A DNA stretch of 64,000 nt from Verrucomicrobiota bacterium. GTDB lineage: Bacteria; Verrucomicrobiota; Verrucomicrobiia; Limisphaerales; Palsa-1400. The stretch is taken from contig JBEKYR010000002.1 in assembly GCA_049510745.1 (NCBI GenBank), positions 128,001 to 192,000 on the forward strand, read 5' to 3'. Shown here piece by piece: positions 28,930 through 39,222 of the stretch. Within the stretch, counting starts at the first letter, position 1; each line of letters starts with the position of its first letter. The notes below the pieces were generated by a model. The model did not search any database and was not told the origin of the DNA. It saw nothing but the letters and a program-made list of their open reading frames with translations. A program made the translations under genes and the position numbers.

Positions 28930-29853
28930 TCAAGGAGCGGCCTTCTTCAATTGTTGCAGGGCGGCGACTTGAGCATGGGAATTTAGCGCAATTTGTTTCA
29001 TTTTGTCCCTTCCTGCCGCGTGAATCTTCCGAATCTCCTCCGCGATGGCCTGCTGGGCGGCCTCGGACTGATCGTCCTGCGCCTTGAGGAAACGCTGCTC
29101 GGCATCGTTCTCTTGGGCTTTCATTTCGTTCGCTGCCCGCTTGAACTGGGCCAGTCCCTCGGCGCGCAGAATTTTCGTGCCCTCGTCCAGGGAAACGGCG
29201 TCAAGATTGGGAATGGTGCGTTTGACTGCATCCAGGGTGGCGGTGCTGGCCTGGGCGACTGGCTGCGCCGCCGTTTTGGCCTCGGTGGCGCGGGCAATGG
29301 CGCGGGTCAGGTCAGGTTCCAGGGCCTGCTCCCACTCCGGCGCGAGCTGCGCCAGCGATTCCCTTTGACCGCCGCACAGTACCGCAATTCCCAGGAAACA
29401 AGCGTCGCCCTTGTCGTTGTTGAAAGCCTTGATGCCATCGGCCGCCGCGGCGCTGGCGTTGAAATTGGATGAGGGGTTGCATCGACTCACCCGAACCCGG
29501 TCGCCGCCCACTTGCTCGTATTGGGCGAGCAATTGATCGACCCGCCCGGCAAAGGCCTGGACAGAATCCGGCACGCTCGACGCATCCAGCGAAGAGTAAA
29601 ACCGGATTTCAACCGGCGAATCGAGATGCTGCAAAACCGCTTTGGTCGCATCCGACAGCGCCACCGCCGCCGGGTTATTCGTGTCGGGCAGATTCTGCGA
29701 GCCGCCGCGGGAAAACCAAAGAGCGCTCAGAGCGGCGCCCGCGAGGAAGAAGACCAGCGCCAAAATAAAGATGCGGGCGCCGGCGTGTTGGCCTGGGCGC
29801 CGCCTGCCCGCAGCCTCAATACTGTTTTTCGGCACAGCATTCATCGTCTTCAT
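28930..29853 (-). CDS. Membrane-anchored protein with GldG-like N-terminal domain and coiled-coil tail
   Basis: TM helix, LSDATKAVLQHLDSPVEIRFYSS, LEPDLTRAI. Confidence 0.6.
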   Translation of the reverse strand: MKTMNAVPKNSIEAAGRRRPGQHAGARIFILALVFFLAGAALSALWFSRGGSQNLPDTNNPAAVALSDATKAVLQHLDSPVEIRFYSSLDASSVPDSVQAFAGRVDQLLAQYEQVGGDRVRVSRCNPSSNFNASAAAADGIKAFNNDKGDACFLGIAVLCGGQRESLAQLAPEWEQALEPDLTRAIARATEAKTAAQPVAQASTATLDAVKRTIPNLDAVSLDEGTKILRAEGLAQFKRAANEMKAQENDAEQRFLKAQDDQSEAAQQAIAEEIRKIHAAGRDKMKQIALNSHAQVAALQQLKKAAP

Positions 29854-30006
29854 TTCATTTCACGAACCGAGATGGCGCGCAATTTAACTTGGCAGCCGTC
29901 ATCAAACAAGCCCTATCCAGCGCCGGGTTTTGGCGGCTGGCCGCGCGGGTCGCTCGCGCCTGCCAGCCGCCAAATAAGTTGTCCGTCTCCACGCGGCCCC
30001 GGGCGC

Positions 30007-32364
30007 CTACGGGTTATGGACCACGCGGAAGTACTGTTGCACGTTGCCCCGCGTCGGGGTCAGGTAGCTTATTGAGTCTCCGTTCCCTACGATGTTCGTG
30101 CCGATGTCCTGCCAGCCGCCGCTCAGTGCCGAAACGCCCTGGATTTGGTAATTCGTGCCCGGCTGCGTCTCAAACGCCACCTCGGCGGCAGTGTAGATTT
30201 GGACGGTGTTGGCGCTGCCGCCCAGGACGGTGCCATCCGCATAGACAACCCCGTTGGAGACTGCCACGCCCGCAAACCGCGGATCGAGGCCCAAGGCATA
30301 TTTAAGCCAGTTGGGTATGCCGTCGCCAGACGGGTTGGCATCGGGCGCGCCGTTGGCGTTGGTAATCGAGCCGAAGTATGTCATCTCCCACTCATCGGGC
30401 AGACCGCCGGGCACGGACGTGCCACTCAAGTCGGCGATGGACGCCTTGAGCAGGCCGGTCGCAAACGGGGCATTGTGAACGCCATAGCTGCCATCCTCCA
30501 CCACGAACTGCCAGTTGTACGCGGCCTTCAGTTGCGCCGCCGACCAGTTGGTTGTGACAGAAAGACCGCCCTTGGGCAAGCCGTCCACGACGCCACTCTT
30601 GTTCGGCAACCACGTTGACAAATTGCTCAGCAGGATCTGAACTTCGGTTTGAACACCCTGGATGACGCCGGTGTTGGCGTAGTCCTCGACCGGGAAATTG
30701 AAGGTGGTGATGCCGCCGTGGCATTGATTGCAAACAGCCACCTGGTCAATCTTGTTGGTGATGCCGTTGGTGACGACATTGTAACTCATCTCCCAGGTGT
30801 GCCCACCGGCGAGGAGATATCCGGGATTGCTTGCAGGCAACGCCTGCATATGGCAGCCGACGCAAGTATTTGTGACCGAATAGCGGTGGGCGGAACTGGG
30901 AAGCACCTTTCCATAGGTAATGGCGTTGATGCCCTCGATCATGTCCCCTTGCGGGTTATCGTGCGGGCCAAAATCGCGCGAGCTGGGAGGCTCCGATGCT
31001 CCTGACCAGGTGGGAATCCCTATGGGCCAATTCGCGACGTTGGTGACGGCCGAACCATTGCGGCTGTGATGGCAATTCATGCACAGGTTGCCCTCGCCGC
31101 CGTTGGTGATGACCGTGCCGTCCCCGAACGTCGCCGAAGCCATGACCCGGATCAGGTGATTGTCGTTGGTGGGGATCGTCATGCCGTGCGGCTCATGGCA
31201 GGTTTGGCAGCCGATCGCGGCGAAGGTCGTGTTCGTTGGCGCGAAGATCGTGCCGCCGGAAGCCCGGTTCGAGACGGCCGTAATGAACCCATAGGCGGTG
31301 TGGCATTGCACGCATTGGTCACGACCGTTGCCCGAGGGTGTGGTCGTCGTAATTGCGTGGCTGGAAGCCAGCCATTGCGTCCCATAGTAGTGGTGCGGCG
31401 GGTCGTCATGGCATTGGTTGCAGTCGCCCGAAGTGTAGCTGACGTCCAGTGCTGGAAAGTTGGAAGCATTGATATTGCCCGCCAAGTCGAAATGCTCACT
31501 GGCTGGCCCGTGGCAGTTTTCGCACTGGATATTGGCGACATTGGCAAGGTCGGGATAGTTTGCCTCCATGCCCGCCCAGTTGCTGTTCGTCAACAGGGTG
31601 GGGAAGGTCCATCCATCGGCTTGGGCGACACCGTAAAACCCGCCGTCACCCAGCGCGCTGGCGTTGGTGTTGTATCCGACAGTGTGGCACTGGAGGCAGG
31701 ACTGGCTGTAATGACTGCCCAGGACGCCATTAATGCCTTGGGTGAATATGCTCGCGTGAAGAGTATTCGTCCAAAACGGATAAGTGTCGGGCGCTGAGGT
31801 GTCGCCGCCGTGGCAAAACTCACACGCGGCCACGCCCTCGTAGGTTCCCGCATTAAAATGTGCGGTCACGTTTGTCGTCCCGTTGGTGGTGGCGATCGTG
31901 GCAGTAACCGTGTACTGACCGTGGTAGTCCGGCATGAACAGAATGCGTCCCGCCACCTGATAGACCAATTTATCTGACGGTAAATAAACGGGCACAGACA
32001 ATGGAATTGGACTTGCGCTCAACAAGGCCGCGGGATTGGTGCGTCCTACGGAATGCGGTGGTGCCGTCAAGGTCCAGCTCACATTGGTGATGGAGGCGGC
32101 GGGCACCGCGATGTTCACATCAGCCTCCAGATAAGCTGGCGTGCCGATCGCAATCGTGCTCAACCCGCCCGAATACACGGTGTTGGCCGGCAGACTATAA
32201 ATTGCGACATCATTGGGTGTGACAGGCCGCGGGATGACCCGCGCATTGAGGGCGGGCGGCGAAGCCGCCCGCGCCGCCAGGGTGGCGACGATGCTGATGA
32301 GCGCCACTGTCAACAGACAAGATGGCGCCTTTCTGGTTCGATTCTTTATTTTCATGATTTGCAT
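30007..32364 (-). CDS. Large secreted nine-heme cytochrome c with Ca-binding-like repeat and C-terminal sorting-like domain
   Basis: 9 CxxCH; GLPDEWE...GDGIPNWLKYALGLDP repeat; C-terminal QQYFRVV; paralogous to 27284-28879; start uncertain (32355/32364/32394). Confidence 0.85.
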   Translation of the reverse strand: MQIMKIKNRTRKAPSCLLTVALISIVATLAARAASPPALNARVIPRPVTPNDVAIYSLPANTVYSGGLSTIAIGTPAYLEADVNIAVPAASITNVSWTLTAPPHSVGRTNPAALLSASPIPLSVPVYLPSDKLVYQVAGRILFMPDYHGQYTVTATIATTNGTTNVTAHFNAGTYEGVAACEFCHGGDTSAPDTYPFWTNTLHASIFTQGINGVLGSHYSQSCLQCHTVGYNTNASALGDGGFYGVAQADGWTFPTLLTNSNWAGMEANYPDLANVANIQCENCHGPASEHFDLAGNINASNFPALDVSYTSGDCNQCHDDPPHHYYGTQWLASSHAITTTTPSGNGRDQCVQCHTAYGFITAVSNRASGGTIFAPTNTTFAAIGCQTCHEPHGMTIPTNDNHLIRVMASATFGDGTVITNGGEGNLCMNCHHSRNGSAVTNVANWPIGIPTWSGASEPPSSRDFGPHDNPQGDMIEGINAITYGKVLPSSAHRYSVTNTCVGCHMQALPASNPGYLLAGGHTWEMSYNVVTNGITNKIDQVAVCNQCHGGITTFNFPVEDYANTGVIQGVQTEVQILLSNLSTWLPNKSGVVDGLPKGGLSVTTNWSAAQLKAAYNWQFVVEDGSYGVHNAPFATGLLKASIADLSGTSVPGGLPDEWEMTYFGSITNANGAPDANPSGDGIPNWLKYALGLDPRFAGVAVSNGVVYADGTVLGGSANTVQIYTAAEVAFETQPGTNYQIQGVSALSGGWQDIGTNIVGNGDSISYLTPTRGNVQQYFRVVHNP

Positions 32365-32519
32365 TGTTTTGGGTGTTTTAAGGTTCGACGTCATGGGTAT
32401 TGATGGGCATCTGCCTCGCGGCAGCGCCGTGTCGCGCTGCATCCTGACAGCCAGCCCCAACCCCTGAGCGCCTTTGGTGCCCGCCTGTCAAAATCTGTGA
32501 GTTTTTCAAAATGGGGAAA

Positions 32520-33605
32520 TTATTTCGCATAATCAGCCAGGGGACTCTGGAAGGCCCAGCCCATCTGGGGTTGCCGCCCAGGCGTCTCCGGTTTTCTGGA
32601 AGCTCCGTTGAGTTTGGCCATTAACCCGGCCGTGTGTTCTTCGATGATTTCATGGCATCGGGCCAGTTCCTGCTCCCGCAGCCGCACGTTTTCGCGCATG
32701 AGTTGTTCCAGGTGGTCGATATTGTAGAGAAAGACATTTTCAAGCCGTTCCACCTCGACGGCGATGTCCCTCGGCACGGCGATGTCGATGAGAAACAACG
32801 GGCGGTTGGGCCGCTGCCGCATGACCGCCTCCACGTCCTCGCGGTCCAGGATGGTTTCCGGGCAGCCGGTGGAACTGACGACAATGTCCGCCTCCCGCAT
32901 CGCGGCCAGGCCGTCGTCCATATAATTGATGGCGCGCCCGCCGAAGGCGCGGGCCAGCTCCTCGGCGTGTTCGAGGGTGCGGTTGGCGACGATGATGGAG
33001 CGGATGCCTTTTTTGGCGATGTGCCGGAGGCACGCTTCCCCCATTTTGCCGGCGCCAATGATCATGACCGTTTTCTCGTGAAAATCGGCGCCGAGGATCC
33101 TCTCGGCCAATTGGACGGCCACGCTGCCCACCGAGGTGGCGCCGCGCCCGATTTGCGTCTGGGTGCGGATGGCTTTGACGACTTGAAAGGCGCGCTGGAA
33201 GGCGCAGTTGATGACCCGCCCGGTCAACTGAGCGGCGCGGGCCGCCTCGTAGGCGGTTTTTATCTGGCCGGTGATCTCCGTTTCGCCCAGGACCATCGAA
33301 TCCAGGCCGCTGGCGACGGCGAAGAGATGGCGCGCGGCGGCCTCCCCGGTATGGACATAGACATAAGGGGAGACATCCACCTTGGCGCGGGCGAGCGACG
33401 CGAGCAGATCGACCAGGCCCCCGGCATGATCGGCCACGCCGTACATTTCCACCCGGTTGCAGGTGGAAACCAGGGCCAATTCCGACAGGCCGCCCTGCTC
33501 TTTGAGCCGGGTGGCGGTCTCGATGAGACGCGACGGGATCACGGCCAGTTGCTCGCGCAATTGGACCGGCGCGGTCTTAAAGCTGATGCCTGCCACGAAC
33601 ATCAT
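32520..33605 (-). CDS. hemA: Glutamyl-tRNA reductase
   Basis: STCNRVE, SGLDSMVLGETEITGQ, GAGKM, DIAVPRD; short C-terminus. Confidence 0.95.
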   Translation of the reverse strand: MMFVAGISFKTAPVQLREQLAVIPSRLIETATRLKEQGGLSELALVSTCNRVEMYGVADHAGGLVDLLASLARAKVDVSPYVYVHTGEAAARHLFAVASGLDSMVLGETEITGQIKTAYEAARAAQLTGRVINCAFQRAFQVVKAIRTQTQIGRGATSVGSVAVQLAERILGADFHEKTVMIIGAGKMGEACLRHIAKKGIRSIIVANRTLEHAEELARAFGGRAINYMDDGLAAMREADIVVSSTGCPETILDREDVEAVMRQRPNRPLFLIDIAVPRDIAVEVERLENVFLYNIDHLEQLMRENVRLREQELARCHEIIEEHTAGLMAKLNGASRKPETPGRQPQMGWAFQSPLADYAK

Positions 33606-33893
33606 GCGAGCCTCCTTCCAGCGCCCGCGGGCTGCCTGAGATTTTGCCTGTTTCTCCCCTGTGATCCGCTGTTCTCAATGCGTCTTGCGCTTTTCATGTT
33701 GCCAGGAGCGTCGCTCAGGAAGGGAAAGATTAACTACACAAGCCTTGTGAAATGTTGGACATTTATTGGGCTGTTCTATGCCAAAGAGCCTGTCCAAAAT
33801 TCCGCCATTGGCCAAAAAATGGCCTGAGAATGGCAATTACCGTGGAGTCGGGGAACGGCCCCCCTTGTAAGTTGGCTGGCGAACTGGAAAACA

Positions 33894-34196
33894 ATGAAAG
33901 CGTTTGCCGAGATAATTCAATGGGATGACCGCACTCCGCCGGACGAAGAAAGACAGTGTCCGAAGCCGTTTACCTGCCCGCTCAGCCGCGTCCAAGCGGG
34001 GATGGCGGTGCGCATCACGGAGCTTTCCGCTCCGCCGGACGTGACCCGGCGCTTGCGGGAGATTGGGTTTGGCGAACAGCAGGTGATCAAACTGCTGATC
34101 CGTCAATCCAACCTGATTTGCCAGGTGTGCAACGCCCGCCTGGCTCTCAGTTCCCAACTCGCCCAGATGATTATCGTCGAGCCACTGCCGGCTTGA
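33894..34196 (+). CDS. FeoA-family SH3-like protein
   Basis: PLSRVQAG..RRLREIGFGEQ..RLALSSQLAQMIIVE. Confidence 0.78.
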   Translation: MKAFAEIIQWDDRTPPDEERQCPKPFTCPLSRVQAGMAVRITELSAPPDVTRRLREIGFGEQQVIKLLIRQSNLICQVCNARLALSSQLAQMIIVEPLPA

Positions 34197-34211
34197 ACGG
34201 ACCAAAACACC

Positions 34212-34583
34212 ATGAAGGTTGGACCTTACTTGTTCCTGGCGGTTTTCGGCCTGGCCGCAATGGTCTTCGCCCTCGCGCCGCTGGCCATCGCCTGGCTGTG
34301 GGCGCGGGCTTTCTCGCCCCGGACGCCCGGCGCGGTCAAAAACGCCATTTACGAGTGCGGCTTGGAATCCAAACCCACCGGCTGGGTGCAGTTCAAATCC
34401 GAATACTATCTCTACGGCATTATCTTTCTCATCTTCGATGTCGAAACGATTTTTTTGCTGCCCTTTGCCGTCGCCTTCAAGGGTCTCTCGTTGGGAGCGT
34501 GTCTGGCGATGTTGATTTTCATCCTCTTGCTGGCCGAAGGGCTTGCCTGGGCCTGGGCCAAGGGGGTATTGGCCTGGAAATGA
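34212..34583 (+). CDS. nuoA: Complex I subunit A
   Basis: YECG, FLIFDVE, three TM helices. Confidence 0.95.
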   Translation: MKVGPYLFLAVFGLAAMVFALAPLAIAWLWARAFSPRTPGAVKNAIYECGLESKPTGWVQFKSEYYLYGIIFLIFDVETIFLLPFAVAFKGLSLGACLAMLIFILLLAEGLAWAWAKGVLAWK

Positions 34584-34599
34584 ACGATGAACGGCTCCC

Positions 34600-35193
34600 A
34601 TGAACCAGGAACTTCAAAACAGGTTAAGCCGGCAGGGAGTGGTGCTCACCACGGTGGAGGAGCTTTACAACTGGGGCCGGAAGAATTCCCTGTGGCCGTT
34701 GCAGTTTGGCCTGGCCTGCTGCGCCATCGAGATGATCGCCGCCTCCATGGCGCGCTTTGACATGGCGCGTTTCGGCGCCGAGGTCTTTCGGCCCTCCCCC
34801 CGGCAGGCTGACCTGATGATCGTTTCCGGCACTGTCACCAAAAAAATGGCCCCGCAGGTCGTGCGTCTCTACAACCAGATGCCGGAGCCAAAATACGTCA
34901 TTGCCATGGGCGCGTGCGCCATTTGCGGCGGCCCCTTCCGGGACGGCTACAATGTGCTGCAAGGGATCGACCTTTATCTGCCGGTGGACGTTTATATCCC
35001 CGGTTGCCCGCCCCGGCCCGAAGCGCTGCTGGAGGGCCTGATGACCCTGCAACAAAAAATAGCGCGCCAGCGCCTCCAAGGCCCCGACCGCCCGCGCCAC
35101 CTGGAGGCCGACGCGCCCGGCGAATTTCCCGTTCCGCAATTCGGACCGCATGACCTTGTGGGGCCGCGCTTGCGCACACCCCAGGACACCTGA
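34600..35193 (+). CDS. nuoB: Complex I subunit B
   Basis: [22 protein letters not shown]. Confidence 0.96.
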   Translation: MNQELQNRLSRQGVVLTTVEELYNWGRKNSLWPLQFGLACCAIEMIAASMARFDMARFGAEVFRPSPRQADLMIVSGTVTKKMAPQVVRLYNQMPEPKYVIAMGACAICGGPFRDGYNVLQGIDLYLPVDVYIPGCPPRPEALLEGLMTLQQKIARQRLQGPDRPRHLEADAPGEFPVPQFGPHDLVGPRLRTPQDT

Positions 35194-35768
35194 TGCAAAC
35201 TCTGGAAGAAATCAAAGACCGCCTCAGCGGCCGCTTCCCGGCCGCCCGCCTGGAGGTCATCCCCAACGGCAGCCCGGCCCGGCAGCCGTCGCTGCTCCTC
35301 GACCACGAATACGCGCGGGAAATCGCCGGGTTTTTGCGCGACGATCCGGCGCTGCGCCTGGATTACGCCTCCAACGTCACGGGCGTGGACTGGCCGGAAA
35401 GGGTTGTCAAAGAGAAAGTCAAGGTCAGGAAGATCATTGACGGCGTGGAGAAGGAAACCGAGGAACTGGTCGCGCGGAAAATCCCGGGATTCCTCGAAGC
35501 CGTCTATCATCTCTATTCCATGGCGCTCGGTCACGGGCCGCTGGTGATCCGGCTGCGCACCGGCAATCGAACCGACCGCGTCGCGCTGCCCTCGCTGACG
35601 CCCATCTGGCGCAGTTGCGAGTTCCAGGAACGGGAGATCTTCGATCTTTTTGGCATCCAATTCCAAGGGCATCCCGATCTGCGCCGCATCCTGATGTGGG
35701 ACGGGTTCGCCGATCATCCCATGCGCAAGGACTATGTGCCGGCCGATCACCAGGAGGCCCGGCCATGA
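35193..35768 (+). CDS. nuoC: Complex I subunit C
   Basis: [28 protein letters not shown]. Confidence 0.95.
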   Translation: MQTLEEIKDRLSGRFPAARLEVIPNGSPARQPSLLLDHEYAREIAGFLRDDPALRLDYASNVTGVDWPERVVKEKVKVRKIIDGVEKETEELVARKIPGFLEAVYHLYSMALGHGPLVIRLRTGNRTDRVALPSLTPIWRSCEFQEREIFDLFGIQFQGHPDLRRILMWDGFADHPMRKDYVPADHQEARP

Positions 35769-36916
35769 TCGCGCCGCCGCCGGAACCTCAGACCCCGGCC
35801 CTCGGTGAGGCCGCCGACCACGATCTCCTCGAAGTGGCGATGGGGCCGCACCACCCCTCCACTCACGGCGTTTTTCGGATGAATGTTGTTCTGGACGGCG
35901 AAAGGGCCGTCAAACTGACGCCGGTATTCGGCTACCTCCATCGCAACCACGAAAAGATCGCGGAGAAGAACAGCTACCTGGCGTCCATCCCCTACACCGA
36001 CCGGCTGGATTACATCTGCTCGATGACCAATAACTGGGCCTATGTCCTGAGCGTGGAGAAGCTGGCCGGGCTGGCCGTGCCGGAGCGCGCCGAATACATT
36101 CGAGTCATCGTCGGCGAACTCACCCGCCTGTTCAACCACGCGTGTCTGGCGGGATTCCTCTTGCAGGACATGGGCGCGTCGGGCACGCCCCTGATGTACG
36201 CCTTTCGCGAGCGGGAAAAAATCCTCGACCTCTTCGAAGCGTTGAGCGGCTCGCGCATGATGTGCAATTACATGCGCTTCGGCGGCTGCCGCTGCGACTT
36301 TCCGCCCGGCTGGCTGGAAGAGGCCGCCAAAGTCGCGGCCGGTTTCGATGCCTTCCTCGACGAGTTCGAGGCGCTTCTGAGCGAGAACGAAATCCTCCGC
36401 GCGCGCTGCGAAGGCGTGGGCGTGCTCCCGCGCGATCTGGCGGTCAACGCCGGCGTCACCGGCCCGGGCTTGCGGGCCAGCGGAGTCAATTACGACATCC
36501 GCAAAGTGGACCAGTATGGAATTTACAGCCGCTTCAAATTCCGCGTGCCGCTCGGCCAGCGGGGGGACGTTTTTGATCGTTACATGGTGCGGATTCTCGA
36601 AATGCGGGAATCCCTCAGGATTCTCGGCCAGGCCCTGCATGACCTTCCCGCCGGAGCGATCCTCGATCCCAAATTCAAACTGCGCAATCTCCGCCCCAAA
36701 CCCGGCGAAGCCTACGGGCGGATCGAAGCGCCCAAAGGCGAATTGGGCTTCTACCTCATCAGCGACGGCGGGCCCGCGCCTTATCGTTACCGGGTCCGTC
36801 CTCCCAGTCTGATCAATCTGACCGTCCTCGAAGATATGTGCCTGGGCCATACGATTGCGGATGTGGTCATTATCCTGGGCAGCATCGACATCGTGCTCGG
36901 GGAGGTGGATCGCTAA
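35765..36916 (+). CDS. nuoD: Complex I subunit D
   Basis: [33 protein letters not shown]; no NiFe CxxC motifs. Confidence 0.96.
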   Translation: MIAPPPEPQTPALGEAADHDLLEVAMGPHHPSTHGVFRMNVVLDGERAVKLTPVFGYLHRNHEKIAEKNSYLASIPYTDRLDYICSMTNNWAYVLSVEKLAGLAVPERAEYIRVIVGELTRLFNHACLAGFLLQDMGASGTPLMYAFREREKILDLFEALSGSRMMCNYMRFGGCRCDFPPGWLEEAAKVAAGFDAFLDEFEALLSENEILRARCEGVGVLPRDLAVNAGVTGPGLRASGVNYDIRKVDQYGIYSRFKFRVPLGQRGDVFDRYMVRILEMRESLRILGQALHDLPAGAILDPKFKLRNLRPKPGEAYGRIEAPKGELGFYLISDGGPAPYRYRVRPPSLINLTVLEDMCLGHTIADVVIILGSIDIVLGEVDR

Positions 36917-37476
36917 TGCTGGGGCGCGGCATCCTTCGAGGGCTGATCGAGACGGGGCGGAATTTCTGCGGCAGCTATTATGACCCCGCCCGGCTGACCA
37001 CCGTGCAGTACCCGGAGGAGACACTTCCGCCGCTGGAAAACGCGCGCACGATTCCTTTTCTGGTCTATGATGGCAACGATCCTCTCGACGGGTTGCGCTG
37101 CACGGCTTGCACCATTTGCGCGCTGGAATGCCCGGCCCATTGCATCGAAATCGTCAAGGACACCGCAAAAAAACCTGATTACCTGGGCAAAATGCAAATA
37201 CAGCCCAAGGTCTTCGACATCGACATGGCCGTCTGCATGGAGTGCGGCATCTGCGCGGAAGTGTGCCCGTTCGATTCCATCAAAATGGACCGGGTCTTCG
37301 AGTTGGCCGGCGAGGATCGCCGGATGATATTGCACAAGGCGGACCTGGCCAAATCCAACGAGTACTTTCGCGAAATCCATCCCGCCGAAGCCGCCGCTGT
37401 GGATGCCGCGCGCGCCGAAGAACAACGGAAGGCGCAAGCCAAAAAAATCGCCGCCACCGTCCCAACCCCGGCATGA
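36916..37476 (+). CDS. nuoI: Complex I subunit I (2x 4Fe-4S)
   Basis: TVQYPEE, CTACTICALECP, CMECGICAEVCP. Confidence 0.93.
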   Translation: MLGRGILRGLIETGRNFCGSYYDPARLTTVQYPEETLPPLENARTIPFLVYDGNDPLDGLRCTACTICALECPAHCIEIVKDTAKKPDYLGKMQIQPKVFDIDMAVCMECGICAEVCPFDSIKMDRVFELAGEDRRMILHKADLAKSNEYFREIHPAEAAAVDAARAEEQRKAQAKKIAATVPTPA

Positions 37477-38663
37477 ACGCCCTGGACCAAATTTTTATTT
37501 CAGTGCAACACGGGCTGGCGGGCCTGGCTCCGGCGTCCATGCGGCCCCTGGTGTTGGCGCTGCTCAACATCGCGGGCCTCATGGCGGCGTTTGGAACCTG
37601 CTTTGCCCTCACCACCATCCTCGAGCGCAAAATCCTGGGCCGGATGCAAAATCGCTTCGGCCCCAATCGCGTCGGGCCTTTCGGTTTGCTGCAGCCGTTG
37701 GCCGACGGCGTCAAGATGCTGATCAAAGAGGACATTGTTCCTTTTTCCGCCGATCATGCGGTGCATTTTCTCGCGCCGCTGGCGCTGACCGTGCCGGTTT
37801 GGCTGGCCTTCGCCGTTTTGCCTTTCGGACGCAACATGAGCGCCGTTGAACTGGACGCCGGGATTCTTTTCTTTTTTGCCATTGGGTCCGCCTCCGAACT
37901 GGCGGTCTTCATGGCGGGATGGTCGAGTCAAAACAAATACTCGCTGGTGGGCGCGATGCGGGCGATCGCGCAAATGATCAGCTACGAAGTTCCGTTGGTG
38001 CTGGCCAGCGTTCCGGTGGTGATGGCGGCCGGTTCGTTGTCATTGCCGGACATTGTCCAGGCCCAATCCGGCTGCGCCCTGGGCTGGGTGCCGCGATGGA
38101 ACGTGTTCACGCCCTGGGGTCTGGCCGGGTTCGCGCTCTTCCTGATCGCCGCCGCCGCCGAATCCAACCGTTGCCCGTTTGACCTGCCGGAAGGGGAATC
38201 CGAGTTGATCGCCGGCTATCTGACCGAGTATTCCGGTTTCAAATACGCTCTGTTTTTCCTCGGAGAATACCTCGGTCTTTTCGCCGTAACCGGCCTGGGC
38301 GTGACCCTGTTTCTGGGAGGATGGCAGGCGCCGGCCAAATGGCTGGAATGGCTGCCGTCCTGGGGCTGGTTCGCCGCAAAATTCAGCGCGTTGATTTTTC
38401 TTTTCATCTGGGTGCGGGCGACCCTGCCGCGATTGCGCCTGGACCAACTGTTGAATTTCGCCTGGAAGCTTCTTGTCCCGCTCGCCCTGATCAACCTGTT
38501 CGTCGCCGGCGCCTGGTTGAAAAGCGGCGCGTGGCATTTTCCCGCGGCGTTGGAAATTCGCTGGCTGCTCTGCGCGGCCCTCCTGGCGGTACCCTATGTC
38601 TGGTTCGGCCGAAGCTGGAAAGGCCCGATGGCCAAAGAACGCCAATATAGTTATGCTGAATGA
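37473..38663 (+). CDS. nuoH: Complex I subunit H
   Basis: ERKILGRMQNRFGPNRVG, QPLADGVK, PFDLPEGESEL, EYSG. Confidence 0.96.
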   Translation: MNALDQIFISVQHGLAGLAPASMRPLVLALLNIAGLMAAFGTCFALTTILERKILGRMQNRFGPNRVGPFGLLQPLADGVKMLIKEDIVPFSADHAVHFLAPLALTVPVWLAFAVLPFGRNMSAVELDAGILFFFAIGSASELAVFMAGWSSQNKYSLVGAMRAIAQMISYEVPLVLASVPVVMAAGSLSLPDIVQAQSGCALGWVPRWNVFTPWGLAGFALFLIAAAAESNRCPFDLPEGESELIAGYLTEYSGFKYALFFLGEYLGLFAVTGLGVTLFLGGWQAPAKWLEWLPSWGWFAAKFSALIFLFIWVRATLPRLRLDQLLNFAWKLLVPLALINLFVAGAWLKSGAWHFPAALEIRWLLCAALLAVPYVWFGRSWKGPMAKERQYSYAE

Positions 38664-39222
38664 GATCGCATTTTATCTGGCCGCCGGCCTGACCGTGGCC
38701 TTCGCCGTCGCCGCCATGACCCTGCGTCACCTGGTGCATTGCGCCTTGTGCGCCGCCGCCGCTTTTGGCGGTCTGGCCGTGATCTATTTGCAGCTCGACG
38801 CGGAGTTTGTGGGATTTGCCCAACTGCTGGTTTATGTGGGGGCGATCGCCATTCTGATCGTCTTTGCCATCCTGTTGACACGCGGCGATGAAGTCCGCCC
38901 GGGCCGCAGCCAGGCGTCGCCTTCCTGGATGACGGGGGTCGCGGCCGCCGCGCTGGTGCTGGCCGGAATCGCCCTGCCGATTCTCAGCAGCCCCAGTCTG
39001 CAACGCGGCGCCCCACCCGCGGCGGTGGCGCCGGTGAAAAAAATCGGGGAGGAATTGATGACCCGTTACGTCCTGCCGCTGGAGACAGTGGGGGTTCTGT
39101 TGACCGGCGCGTTGCTGGGAGCGGTCGTCATCGCCCTGCGCGAGGAATCCGAAGTCAAACCCCGGACCCGCTCGCCGGCGACACCGCGCGTCGAAACCGG
39201 GGAGGCGATCAACCTGCCATGA
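38653..39222 (+). CDS. nuoJ: Complex I subunit J
   Basis: [21 protein letters not shown]. Confidence 0.93.
   Translation: MLNEIAFYLAAGLTVAFAVAAMTLRHLVHCALCAAAAFGGLAVIYLQLDAEFVGFAQLLVYVGAIAILIVFAILLTRGDEVRPGRSQASPSWMTGVAAAALVLAGIALPILSSPSLQRGAPPAAVAPVKKIGEELMTRYVLPLETVGVLLTGALLGAVVIALREESEVKPRTRSPATPRVETGEAINLP

Noticed and set aside
32520..32640. hemA pseudogene because of the short C-terminus
   Set aside because: Catalytic and NADPH-binding motifs are intact and no frameshift is evident
7868..33605. Cytochrome c maturation genes (ccm or ccs/res)
   Set aside because: None recognisable in the window; they must be encoded elsewhere
33685..33790. Sigma-54 promoters for hemA
   Set aside because: Two TGGCA motifs on the minus strand have GG-GC spacing off by one base
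34600..36916. Group 4 [NiFe]-hydrogenase (Ech/Mbh-like)
   Set aside because: The large subunit lacks both CxxC Ni-binding motifs and keeps the quinone-site His/Tyr (HPSTHG, DRLDY) of NuoD
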